Shown here piece after piece: positions 1 through 11,359 of a DNA stretch of 64,000 bases; positions within the stretch are counted from its first letter, which is position 1, and every line of letters starts with the position of its first letter. The DNA is from Felis catus (taxonomy: Eukaryota). The stretch covers positions 110,486,001 to 110,550,000 of the forward strand of contig NC_058368.1 in assembly GCF_018350175.1 (NCBI RefSeq). The letters run 5' to 3'. Both the position numbers and the translations under genes were made by a program. The notes under the pieces are model-generated. The model worked only from the letters and a program-made list of their open reading frames with translations. It did no database searches and was not told the DNA's origin.

Positions 1-44
1 GCACCTGCTTTTTGCCCCGTAGGGTAACAAAAGCAAAAACAAAA

Positions 45-285
45 ATGATAGTAACAATAGTAATGGTGCCTTTCACTCTGTCAAGACTTTCAAGCGCCAG
101 GTACTATGCTAGCAAGGCATTATCTCATTTATTTCTGACTCATGACATAGGGACTATCACTGTTCCCATTTCACAGATAAGAAAACAGAGGCTTGGACAG
201 GTAAATAACTTGCTCAAGGCCCCGTGGTTAGTAAATGAGACCCTGACAGTCTTACTCAAAATGTAGGCTCCTAATCTCTGCTCCA
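45..285 (-). mobile_element. MIR SINE fragment
   Basis: MIR core-like text 'cccatttcacagataagaaaacagaggcttggacaggtaaataacttgctcaagg'; boundaries approximate. Confidence 0.75.
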
Positions 286-384
286 TTCTATACTTCTTGG
301 TGCATCTAATTCCTAAAACTGTGTGTGTTCCATGAACCTAGAAATCCTTGAGCTTCAATAACTAATCAGCAAGCCTTTTAGGGT

Positions 385-584
385 TGAGTTGTCAGATTTA
401 GTTTAAAAAAATGGATACCCAGGGGAGACTGGGTGGCTCAGTCAGTTGAGCGTCTGACTTCGGTTCAGGTCATGATCTCACAGCCCGTGAGTTCGAGCCC
501 CACATCGGGCTCTGTGCTGACGGCTTGGAGCCTGGAGCCTGCTTCAGATTCTGTGTCTCCCTCTCTCTCTGCCTTTCCCCCACT

Positions 585-626
<42 letters not shown>

Positions 627-845
627 ATCTCAACAATAAACATTTAAAAAAAATTTTTTTAAATGGATACCCAGCTAAATGTGAATTTCAAATAAATAAC
701 AAATAATTACTTAGTATAATTATGTCCCAAACATTGCATGCAATAACCTATATAATATTTGGGACCTACTTATACTAAAATATGATTTTCTGTTTATTTG
801 AAATTCAAATTTAACTGAGTATCTTCTGTTTTACCTGGCAACACT
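385..845. mobile_element. MER53-like palindromic DNA-transposon MITE, interrupted by a Can-SINE
   Basis: Terminal 'gagttgtcaga...ctggcaacact' and internal palindrome 'tgaatttcaaataaataac...ttagtataattatgtcccaaa...tttgggacctacttatactaa...tgtttatttgaaattca' resemble the recalled MER53 consensus. Confidence 0.8.
422..660 (+). mobile_element. Can-SINE (feliform, SINEC_Fc2-like) with internal (TG)n expansion
   Basis: tRNA-derived head with A box and B box, (CT) tract, aataaa and A tail; TSD aaatggataccca at 409-421 and 661-673. Confidence 0.95.
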
Positions 846-1110
846 CAGCATGTGTCCAGGCCTACGCTGGGCTCTTTGGGATTAGTGGAGACCACCCTCA
901 GAGAACCCAGGCTGCCTGGGGGAAATAAGATGGACACCAGGACAAGAGACAAGGGTGGACAAAGGCCACAGTCTGACCCCAATCTGCCTGGTAGAGAGCA
1001 AAAGGTTGCTGGTGTGAGAGCCTCACAATGCAATAGTTTTCTGGCAGAACCGGGACATTGCACTGTTCCCAGAAGAGCAAGAGTAAGAAGAAAATGGAGC
1101 TACATACCAA

Positions 1111-1325
1111 GGAGGGCCTGGTGGCTCAGTCGGGTAAGTGTCTGACTTTGGCTCAGGTCATGATCTCACAGCTTGTAAGTTCGAGTCCCAAGTTGGGCTC
1201 TCTGCTTACAGCTCAGAGCCTGGAGCCCGCTTCAGATTCTGTGTCCCCCTCTCTCTGCTCCTCCCCCACTCACACTCTGTCTCAGAGTGGCTGTCTCAAA
1301 AATAAATACACATTAAAAAGAAAAA
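1111..1325 (+). mobile_element. Can-SINE (SINEC_Fc2-like)
   Basis: 'gtggctcagtcgg...caggtcatgatctcac...gagcctggagcc...aaaaataaa'; degenerate TSD around 'gagcta'. Confidence 0.92.
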
Positions 1326-1727
1326 GGGAGCTATCCCCACCAGCACACCCATGCACCACCCCCAGCACTAGAGGCCCATATTTCAGCTCCTGGGTGCAGC
1401 CAAAAAAGGACTCCAGGCTGGAGTCCAATGGCCGGAGCAACAAGCTCCAGAGGACTGAGATCGCCCCATCCCACAGGTGACACTGACCAGAGTGGCCCAC
1501 CTGCTGTCTGGTTATCTGACACACACTCATACCCGGGGCCTTGGCTTGCTCTGCCTCTCCCACCTGGAAGCTGCCCATCTGTTCAAACCCTGCCTTCCTT
1601 GAGGGTCCAGCTCAGCCCTACCTCTCCAGGAAGCTTCCACCTACCCCCACCCACCCACCAATTTCCCCTGTTCTGGGCCAACCTTCAAACTTTTCCCTTG
1701 CACCAAATACTTGCCCATTATTACTTA

Positions 1728-1811
1728 CTGAGCACCAAGCATAGAACCTGGCACATAGCAGGTGCTCATCAAATGCTTGTTGAATGAATGGATGAGTGAA
1801 TGGGTGAGTGA
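1728..1811 (+). mobile_element. L2 LINE 3' end
   Basis: 'cctggcacatagcaggtgctcatcaaatgcttgttgaatgaatg', the typical L2 terminus with tgaa repeats. Confidence 0.75.
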
Positions 1812-2205
1812 CAATTACCTTGGCTTAGTTCTACACTGCCTTCTATGTGCGCAAGTCCCAGCAGAGGGAAGAGAGCACACCAGAGGAGGCAAAATAAAAA
1901 CCCTTGCATGCTGATGCATCTTCCCACAATCTGGTACCCAGCCCAGCTCCAGGCATGGAGCAGATTCAGTAACTGTTCAGAGAGGTGGAATTAAATGGGA
2001 AGGAAGGAAACGTAGGAGGTACCACTCAGGCTAGGTACTGAGAACCACTGGCTGTACTCCAGCCTCCAATAACGGCTTGCTGGAGGACTTGGGCAAGTCA
2101 CAAACGCCCCTTTGCTTCAGTTTCCTTAGCTAGAAAACAGGGAGCAGACACATTGCTTCAAATGCCCCATGGCTTAGTGCCAGAATTATGAGATCACCAT
2201 GATTT

Positions 2206-2419
2206 TTTAAAAATTTTTTTACTGTTTATTTATTTTTGAGAGAGAAAGAGACAGAGTGTGAGTAGGGAGGAGCAGAGAGAGGGAGATAAAGAATCCGAAG
2301 CAGGCTTCAGGCTCTGAGCTGTCAGCACAAAGCCTGACGCAGGGCTCAAACCTGTGAACAGTGAGATCACGATCTGAGCAAAAGTCGGACGCTCAACGAA
2401 CTGAACCACTCATGCGCCC
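2206..2419 (-). mobile_element. Can-SINE (SINEC_Fc2-like)
   Basis: Reverse-complement SINE body; imperfect TSD gagatcaccatgattt (2190) / gagatcactgtgactt (2420). Confidence 0.92.
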
Positions 2420-4470
2420 GAGATCACTGTGACTTTAGCATCTCCCATTATGCAAGGCACGCAGGAGGTCTGGAAGCTTGGTGGGTTCAAGGCGCTGGTC
2501 CTTGGCAAGTTTCTCTCCCACTGGCCGACTCTCGAGTCCAGGCTTGCCATGGCCCCTGACAGTGATAAACTCCCCTCATGAGCCTAGCCACGAGCCCTGC
2601 TCACAGCCAAAGCTTCTCCAAGTCCAGCCTCTGAGCAGAGGCCAAATAAAGATGGATATTCTCTCTCCCACCGTAAACACAGCCCTCTGTCAATCTCTTG
2701 GCACATGAACCGCATCCACTGTTCTAGCACAGAATTCCACAGATGCTTATAAACACTTCCATTACTTCTGAAGTTTTATTTATGGTTTTTGTTAAACCTT
2801 TACTCTGAAATTTGCCATTTTAAACACTCCCTGACTGAGTAAGATTTATACAGTTCTTCACACAGAAGCTACCTGTAATGGACAGAGCCAAAATCAATTT
2901 ATAGGGCCTCAAGAGCAGTTGACAACTCATTTTTTTTAAGAAAGGGTTTTCTCAGGAAAAGGAGAGAAAACATTAAGATCCCAGAAATATCCACTTCCCA
3001 AGATGCTGACCACACTGAGTGCACCTACCTCTCTGCACCTTCTTTAAAAGTAGCTCAATCAAACAGCATGAGACCAGAGTACCCTTCAGACCAGGGATGG
3101 AAGCAACCACCCCAGCCTTCCCAGAAGGGGTTCCTGCCCCTCAGTGACCTTGGAATGCTCAGGGACGCACAAGCCATAACTGAACACGCAGATTCAGTGG
3201 AAGCCAAGAGCGAGAATGTGGCAAGCGTAGTGGGGAGTCAGCCATCTTGCAAATTTATTCAATGTTCTAAATTCCCATCCTAAAGCATTAGGAAATTTCC
3301 CAGTTGCAGGATATAAGGAACCAACACACCATTTGTTGGCACTGGGGTGACTTTATAGGGAATTGGGCCCTGGATTGTGGTTACCCTGTGGTTATTAGCC
3401 AAAATGCCTACTCAACCAATCTAGTCTATTGGGAAAAGAAATCAAAACTGACCTCCTATACTACAGGAGTTCCAGAAAAGTAAAGTATGTTTGCCTTGTG
3501 GTGGGAACTTCTTGATAGCTTTCTTCTCCCATCTATAGTAAAATCTGTTAAAGCTTTTCTTACTCCTAAAATAGTTTCCCCAAACAGTATGTCACTTTGA
3601 CTTTTTTTTTAACCCAATATTCTGGAAGGTAAAAGGAAGCAGATGTGGTACCTCTAGGGTTCTGGCTCAGGGACACACCTTCCCCCCTACACACACACAA
3701 TATTGCTGCAGGGCGAGGTTTTGGATCCCCTGATGTTTCCACCCTTCTGCTTAGACTATGTGCCCGGAAACTTGGGCTGATCTTTCTTTAATCCTGAACT
3801 CCTGGGCCACTGAAGAGTAACATGGCTTCTCTGGACACAGAGATGGAATCCATAAGCAGGGTCTTTTATAGCCTTTAAGAGAAGAAAATGAAATTATTTC
3901 ATCTTTGGACTTTTCAATTCTAGTGGAACGACTTTTTTCTTTTCTCAACAGTGAAAATGTTATAAAAGTATCTTTTTTGTTTTTTGTTTGCATCTCTCCC
4001 CCACATGCTGGTGTTTTCAAATGGAAAAAAAAAAACTACACCAATTTTTATACAAAAAAAATGCTTAAAAGATTTTTAAAAAATTAAATAAAATCCCCAT
4101 CTGAAAGGAGCTTCACCCATATTTTTTCAGGCCTTGTCAAATAAATTAGGCAATCTCTTCCTTTGAAGATCAGTGGTGTAGAGATGACTTTGAACTCTTA
4201 ATATCAGGCATTAGCAAGATAATGTTAGGTTTTATTAAGAATGAAAAGAATTTACCAATTTTCTTCCAACAATTCTCTCTAGACTCCACAAGGAAGCTAA
4301 TCAGCAGATAATTGTTCAATAAGTCTTCCGGCCCATTCAAATCCACTGAATTGTTTAGTGGGGGTGGGAGGAAGAAGTCCTTTAAGAAACCAGTTACCAC
4401 ACTGCTAGGCCCTGCAGCCTGGCAAGAAGCACACAGCTCTGGAAAAAGCCAGACTACCAAAGGGTCTGTG

Positions 4471-4835
4471 TGTATTTGCCTGTTCAGGTCATAACACAGC
4501 ACCACGGACTGGGAGGCAGCAGACACTTCTCACGGTTCTGGAGGCTGGGAAGCCCAAGATCAAGCTTCTAGCCAACTGAGTCTCTGGTGAGAGGTCTCCT
4601 CCAGGCTTACAGATGGCCTCCTCCTCATGAGGTCCTTTTCTCAGTGTGTGAACACAGAGAAAGAGCACGTACCTGAGCTTTCTGCCGTCGCTTTGTGTAA
4701 GGACACTAACCATATCAGACAGGGACCCATCCTAATTACCTCATCTAACCTTAGTTATTTTCTTGGTTTGCCATAGTGGACGTTAGGGCTTCAACATATG
4801 AATTTCAGGGGGACACAAACATTCAGTTCATAATA
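4471..4835 (-). mobile_element. MaLR solo LTR (MLT1A-like)
   Basis: 'ttctggaggctgggaagcccaagatcaag...gcttcaacatatgaatttcagggggacacaaacattcagt' matches the recalled MLT1A reverse complement. Confidence 0.8.
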
Positions 4836-5129
4836 CTGGGTTTGCCACAACTTGGCTCTCCCCTCCAGGAAATCCATCCTCCAGGCCCCTTTTTAAACTC
4901 CCACCATGTGGTCTAAACCTTCTCTATACTCATTTCCTGGTCTCCACCTCTCCACCTCCTCTCCCCAGTACATTGTTCAGGAGCCCCCCAGGTTCCAGAT
5001 GCATCTTCCTAGCTAGCCCACAGCTTTGAGTCCCTTCTCTGTTCAAAAACCACAGCGGGGGAAAAAAAATACCTCAGTAGATTGCCCACCAAGCACAGAA
5101 TTAGGTCTATAATTTAGAGGGCCAATAAG

Positions 5130-5590
5130 TACAATGATTAAAAAAATAACTTGGAATCAGACAGATCTACATGTAAATTCTAGCTCTGACTTTTTTAAAA
5201 AAAAATTTAATGTTTATTTTTGAGAGAAAGACAGAGTGTGGGTGGGAGAAAGGGAGAGAGAGAGAGGGAGACACAGAATCTGAAGTGGGATCCAGGCTCT
5301 GAGCTGTCAGCACAGAGCCCGATGTAGGGCTCAAACTCACAGACCGTGAGATCATGACCTGAGCCAAAGTCAGACACTCAACTGACTGAGCCACCCAGGT
5401 ACCCGTAGCTCTGACCTTTAGGAGCTGTGTGATCTTGAGTCATTTACTTAACCCTTCTGATCCTCAGGTTCCTCTTCACTAAATGGGAAAAATAATAGCT
5501 GCTATTTCATCAGGTTGTGGTGGAGACAAAGACAGGGATGCTGGGAAGTGCTTAACAGAATGTGTGGCTCTTAAAACTAAATAACATGGT
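5130..5590 (+). mobile_element. MIR, interrupted by a Can-SINE
   Basis: 'gctgtgtgatcttgagtcatttacttaacccttctgatcctcaggttcctcttcactaaatggg...aataatag' MIR core. Confidence 0.7.
5191..5404 (-). mobile_element. Can-SINE (SINEC_Fc2-like)
   Basis: Reverse-complement SINE; TSD tagctctgac at 5181-5190 and 5406-5415. Confidence 0.95.
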
Positions 5591-5599
5591 AGCCTCTCT

Positions 5600-6240
5600 C
5601 TACAATCCCATCTCATTCCATGGTCTCATCCCATCTCATGGCTTTAACACCATCTAAAAGCCAACAGCCTCTAAGTTCATGTTTCTAGCCCCACCCTCTT
5701 TCCAGAAAGCCAGCTACCCCACACACACATATCTCCATGCAGATACAAGACAGGCATCTCCAGCCCATCAAATCAGCTCTGATCCAACTCCAGTGTGCTC
5801 CACCCAAAGCCTGGCCAGGCCCAGCTGCTGAGGCTGAAGCCCGGGCAGATCTTAGACTCCCCCATCTCACACACTCACATTCAGTCTGTTAAGAAATCTA
5901 TGTCCCAAATGGAACCACTTCTCACCACTTCCACGGCACCACTGTAGCCCAGGCCGCCATCACCTCTCACCTAGAGGCCACAGCAGCCTCCCAGCTAGCC
6001 TCTCTGCCTCCAGCCTTGCCTCCCAAAAGGTCAGGTTTTCACACATCACACAAAATAATGCCTTTAAAACAGAAGCTACAGTGGTGCCCGGTGGCTCAGC
6101 TGGTTGAGTGTCCAACTTTGGCTCAGGTCATGATTTCAGGGTGTGAGTTCAAGCCCCACATCAGGCTGTGTGCTGAGAGCTCAGAGCCTGGAGCCTGCTT
6201 CGGATTCTGTGTCTCCCTCTCTCTCTCTCTGCTCTTCCCT

Positions 6241-6278
<38 letters not shown>

Positions 6279-6912
6279 AATAAACATTAAAAAAAAAAAC
6301 AGAAGGTACATCATCTCTCTCTTCCAGTCAAAATCCCCCAGAGGCTCCCCACATCACTGAGGGTGAAGTCCAAACCCTATGCTGACCTTCAAGGCCCCCA
6401 GGGGCTCTCTGGCCTTCCCTGCTACCACTGCCTCCTTGTTCACCCTGCTACAGCCACACTGGCCTCTGCTGCTCCTTGAGTACACCAGGCACACTCCTGT
6501 ATCAGACTCTCACAAAATTGCTATTCCCTCTGCCTGAAAGGCTCTTCCCCCAAATATGCATCTAGATCATTCCTTGCATCCTTCTTCAACTGCTAAAATG
6601 TCACCCTGTCAAAGAGGCCTACCCTGCTATCCTGGTCAAAACTGCAGTCTCTGCCCAAACATACATGTATACCCCTGATGCTCCCATCCCCCTACCTGGT
6701 GCTACTCATTCTTTTCCCCTTATACTTACTTAGTTCTTCCTAACATGCTGCGTATATTATTTATGTGTTATGTTTACTTGTGTGCTATATTCTCCTGCTA
6801 GAATATAAACTCACAAGAGAGTGATATTTACCTGTTTATAGCTGCATACCCAGCCCCTAGCAAAGTGTTCAGCACATAGTAGTCATTCAGTAAATATGTG
6901 TCAGATAAGTGA
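5600..6912 (+). mobile_element. L2 LINE 3' fragment, interrupted by a Can-SINE
   Basis: 'ctcatggctttaacaccatct', 'gccatcacctctcacctaga', 'cagccacactggcctc', ending 'gcacatagtagtcattcagtaaatatgtg'. Confidence 0.8.
6081..6295 (+). mobile_element. Can-SINE (SINEC_Fc2-like)
   Basis: SINE body with (CT)n; TSD aaaacagaagctaca (6066-6080) / aaaacagaaggtaca (6296-6310). Confidence 0.95.
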
Positions 6913-8784
6913 AGGCTCATCCATTGATTCACATACCTCTTCAACAAATACCCTCTTGAGCATCTGCAAATGCTCAGGATGTCACTTCTTCCAGCCACTT
7001 TCCCAGGACCCCTCTCCACAAAACCTCTTAACAAATAGCCCTTGTCTCTCTATGTACACACCTGTTTTGGGCAGACCATTCCCTGAAGACTTGACCATCC
7101 CCTCTCCTCCTGTGGAAATGAAGTGTGTCCTCTAAAGGCCAGCCCACCTGCCGGGCTCCCGTGGAGACTATGCGTCCTACATAGGAGTGCCTACCCTTGA
7201 CTTTCCCCATACCTTTCTTCCACCCATTTTCCCATCCTCCTGAGTACCGTCACAGGTGTGGTCTGTCCCATATTCCTGCTAATCTGTGAGATCTTCAGGG
7301 TTCAGAGCCATGTTTGTTCCCCTCAGTCTTGCCCACTGTGCCAGGCACACCTCAGCTGTTCCAGAAAAAATTTAAGAGTGAACTAGTATCCATCTGCATC
7401 AGACTGTAAATTAAAAAGTCAAAAGTAAACCCTAGTTTTGGAGAGTCAGCTAATTTGGCCCCTTGAGACAAGAGTGACATGAAATGATATAATTACCTTC
7501 CTCCTGCCTGGCTCACAGCCCCGTCAACGGCCCCAGAAGGAATATGCTGCCCGTCCTCGAGATGCAACTCTATGATGCAGCCAAGTGCAGCCTCTCACCT
7601 GAGGCAGCTGTTGTGCGGCCCTCCCCTCCCTCAGTCCCCACCCTGCCCCCCCCAAAGACTGCTCCTCCAAAGTCCTGGAAAGAAGCCCAAACAGGACTCT
7701 GTGCGCTTAGGAAAATAAAAATGATACACACGGCACAAACATGAGGGTATACATGGTCCCACACACCAGTCTGACTAGATTTTATCCTTGAAGTAATGAC
7801 TTAGGTTGTTCAGTTTTTTGCTCCAGGAAGGAATGGGGCAACCTCATGCCTGTGATCAAACATATCCACCAGCCCTGCTCATTCTGTGGGAAACCAACTG
7901 ACACACCACTCATGACACCCCAGAGCTCATGAGTCTCCAAAGCTCCTCATCCCTGCATGTCTGTGTCCATGTGGGAATCCACATACAACAAAATCTGTGT
8001 TTCCAACACTCCGTCTGACTCTTGTCCCACCTCACCCCCACCCAGCAACAGACTGACAGCACCAAGGAGAGGAAAGGAAGGCGAGGCCTATGCTTTAACC
8101 ACATTTCCACTCCTTTTGCTCATCTTCCCAGAGGAGAATACAGTGGAAGTCATGGAAAGTCGAAGGAGCAGGATTATGTTAAATTAGATGTCCCTCCCCA
8201 AGTCAGCAGTGATCCCATGGCCCAAAGCAGCAATCCAAGTTTTATTTGCTCATAAACATTAATGGGACCAAATCTCAGGGAAAGGAACAAGAGAAGGCAA
8301 ATGCCAGAGAGCAAGCAGCACACCATAAAACATGGGCGCAGGGCAGGATGGGGAAGGTCAGGGCTCGGGGGAAAGGGACCCCAAATTCTCCTGCCACAGA
8401 GAGACTGCCTTTGCCCACCTAGGGGAATGGATCCAGGTAGCTATTCTAATGCCTGAGAATTCTATCAACACTTTTCTTGAGGAGGAAGAAAACACTTAAA
8501 GTAAGAAATGTGTTCTTAGTGGCCCAATCTCTGCCAAAAAGCAGGGACAACAGAGCACACCCCCCACCTTGACCAGTGTCTTCTTCATCCGAGACCACCT
8601 GACACCTGGGCAGGGACCCCCACCTAGACATCTGTCCTACTGCAAAACTGAAAGACCCTAATCCCAGCACTGTTTTATCAGTAACAGCCCACATGATTTT
8701 AGGAAAACTCATCCAACCTCGGGCTCCGTTCTGTCATTGCTAACACAGAGCACATCTCCTCTGACTACCTGGTGGTCATGTGAT

Positions 8785-9020
8785 TGATGAGCGTGTGCTA
8801 TAATCCAAGCCAGGCCCTGTGCTAAACATGTCATATGCATGCACTCATTTGATCCTTTCAATAGCCCTGTGAGACAGATATTACGAGCCCATTTTACAGA
8901 CTGAGAACCTGGAACTCAGACAGCCTAAGCTCCTGGATCAAGGTCTCGCAGCTGGAACAGGCAGAGCCAGAACTAGAACCTAGATCTGTGCCAAGAGTCT
9001 GTGCTTTTTAAGCCATACAT
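8785..9020 (-). mobile_element. MIR
   Basis: 'ccaggccctgtgctaaac...ctcatttgatcctttcaatagccctgtgag...cccattttacagactgagaac'. Confidence 0.75.
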
Positions 9021-10930
9021 GATGGGACCTGATCCCATGCTAGGTCAAGCTTAGGCCCAGTGCACAGCAGTTGCTTAAGCAAAGCCTGTTCAATTGAATT
9101 GGGACTACCTTCCTCAGACTCACATCTCCCTGCAGTAGCCCTTTGGAGGCCTCTTTGCTAGAGTGAGTTAGAAGCAGCCCCAGGTCTGTTCTTCTTCCTC
9201 TGACAGGGAGGGCAGCCATGGGAGAGTGGAAGCTATTTCTGATCACTCCAGCTCTGCATTCAGATTTTAACTGAGAGAGGGGAAGAGCATATTTTCTTTC
9301 CCAATTTCTTCTCTCATTTGAATATTGGATTTCCACATGTGGATTTGTAGAAGCCTGGTTCCCCAGAGGAATTCCTAGAGAAGCCATCTGCCTGTGTGCT
9401 TCTGAGACTCCTTGGCAAAGGGAAATGTAGGATGTTAATCAATCATCCGAGGGGGAGCTGCTCACCCCTTCCCTGGGAGATGGGCATGCACGTGCCCTTG
9501 AACATGGAGAGGCTGCATCACCAGAGAGGCACAGATTCAGGCTCTGCAGACGCTCTGGCCATTCCAGGGTCACCTCTGACTTGGGTCAGGTCAGGTCTGC
9601 CCAGGCCAGGAGCCAGGGCAGTGGAGAAGCAGGACAGAGGGCCAAGCAAAGTCTTGAAGAGGCTGGCACTTTGTACTACAAATGCTATGTCCTGCCAGGA
9701 GCAGACCCCATCCCTGACACAGTCAGGGTTGCAGACATAACACTGTGAGGACACCCAAAATAAGTCAAGTCATAGAGCTATCCCCAGAAGGTCAGCACAC
9801 AAATGTGGCACCACAATGACCCTTACATGTAGCTGCCCCATCCCTGTGGGCAGGAAAGCCAGGTCTGTGTGAGCCACTGCAGGTGACAACTGGGTGAGCC
9901 TTCTAGGTACAGCCCTCCCTTCCAGGATAGCCCTTGGATTCAATTCATCTCATTGGGAATAGAGGCAGCATTGGTAACAAACCAATGTAAACAGACAAAC
10001 CAGCTTCCAAATGGAATGCTGGAGCCCCAGAGAGCATCTGGACTAACATGTGGTCTTATCAGTGGAGAAACCCAATCTCTGAGAGAGACAACTACTTCTC
10101 AGGGACACACTATAAGCCTCCCAGGCCAGGACTCCATCCCAGCACTCAGGAGAACCATGTCCACTCAGGCTCCAGGTCAGTGGCACCCATGTTGCATGGC
10201 CATCAGGGGGAAGATGGGAGAAGACGGCCACCCCTGAACCATTCCTGACCCCTCTGGTGGAAGCCCCAACCTCTGAAGTGGTTCCTTCTTCCTCTATGTC
10301 CCTCTGCTCCTCTCTCCAAGCTTCAGGGATTTCTGTCACATGTTCAGGCTGCCCCTGCTGCCTTGACTAAAAGGTTTTCAAAATGAGAAGAATTTCCTTA
10401 AATATTTCATTGCTATATGCAAAACAAGGCAGTCAGAACAGCCTGGGACCTGGGCTGCTGCAGTAGGGAGAAGAGATTGGACAGATGGAGTGTTTCTGCT
10501 CACGTCCTGTTCTCTGCGGAGCTTTCTGGGCTGAGGTGAGCTTCATCTGGCCATGAAGGTGAACATACACACTGGCCATTGGGCCAGCTGCTCTGGCTGA
10601 ACCAGGAAGCAACTGGCCTGCAAGCTGCAGCTGAGTTGTGCTGCCTGAACAGATGCGTCTGTGCCCTGGCTCTCGCAGGACCGTCACAAGCTCAGGGGAA
10701 GCCACTGCAGGCCCGATGATAAATGCCCTACCTAACTTCCACCATGGGAGAGGAAATTCAGAGCTTGGGAGTTCAAAGTGTAGTTAGCAGGAGAGGAGGG
10801 AGTAATCAAGCCCTCCAAGATGCATATGTTGGGGGAGGAGACTGGCATAGGGTTTTCATAGGCTTTCTGTAACAAAAGGGATCTGTGGTCAAATATGTTT
10901 GGGAAACACTAGGTTGAAGAAAGTTTAACA

Positions 10931-11148
10931 GGGGCACATGGGTGGCTCAGTTGCATAAGCACCTGACTCTTGATTTTGGTTCAGGCCACAATCTCATGGG
11001 ATTGTGACTTCAAGCCCTGCATCAGGCTCTGTGCTGACAGTGCAGAGCCTGCTTGAGATTCTCTCTCCCTCTCTCTCTGCCCCTCCCCCACTTGTGCATG
11101 CTCTCTTTCTCTCTCTCAAAATCAATAAATAAACATTTTTTTAAAAAG
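10931..11148 (+). mobile_element. Can-SINE, older subfamily
   Basis: Diagnostic 'gactcttgattttggttcagg' and 'gtgcagagcctgcttgagattc'; outer TSD aagaaagtttaaca (10917-10930) / aagaaaggttaaca (11372-11385) encloses both SINEs. Confidence 0.93.
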
Positions 11149-11150
11149 TG

Positions 11151-11359
11151 GGGGCGCACCCGGTGGCTCAGTCGGTTGAGTGTCCGACTTCGGCTCAGGT
11201 CATGATCTTGCAGTCTGTGAACTCAAGCCCCGTGTTGGGCTCTGTGTTGACAGCTCAGAGCCTGGAGTCTGCTTTGGATTCTGTGTCTCCCTCTCTCTCT
11301 GCCCCTCCCCTGCTCATGCTCTCTCTCTCTCTGTCTGTCAAAAATAAATAAACATTAAA
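11151..11359 (+). mobile_element. Can-SINE (SINEC_Fc2-like) inserted in the tail of the preceding SINE
   Basis: Full SINE body; 'tttttaaaaag' duplicated at about 11138-11148 and 11360-11370. Confidence 0.93.
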
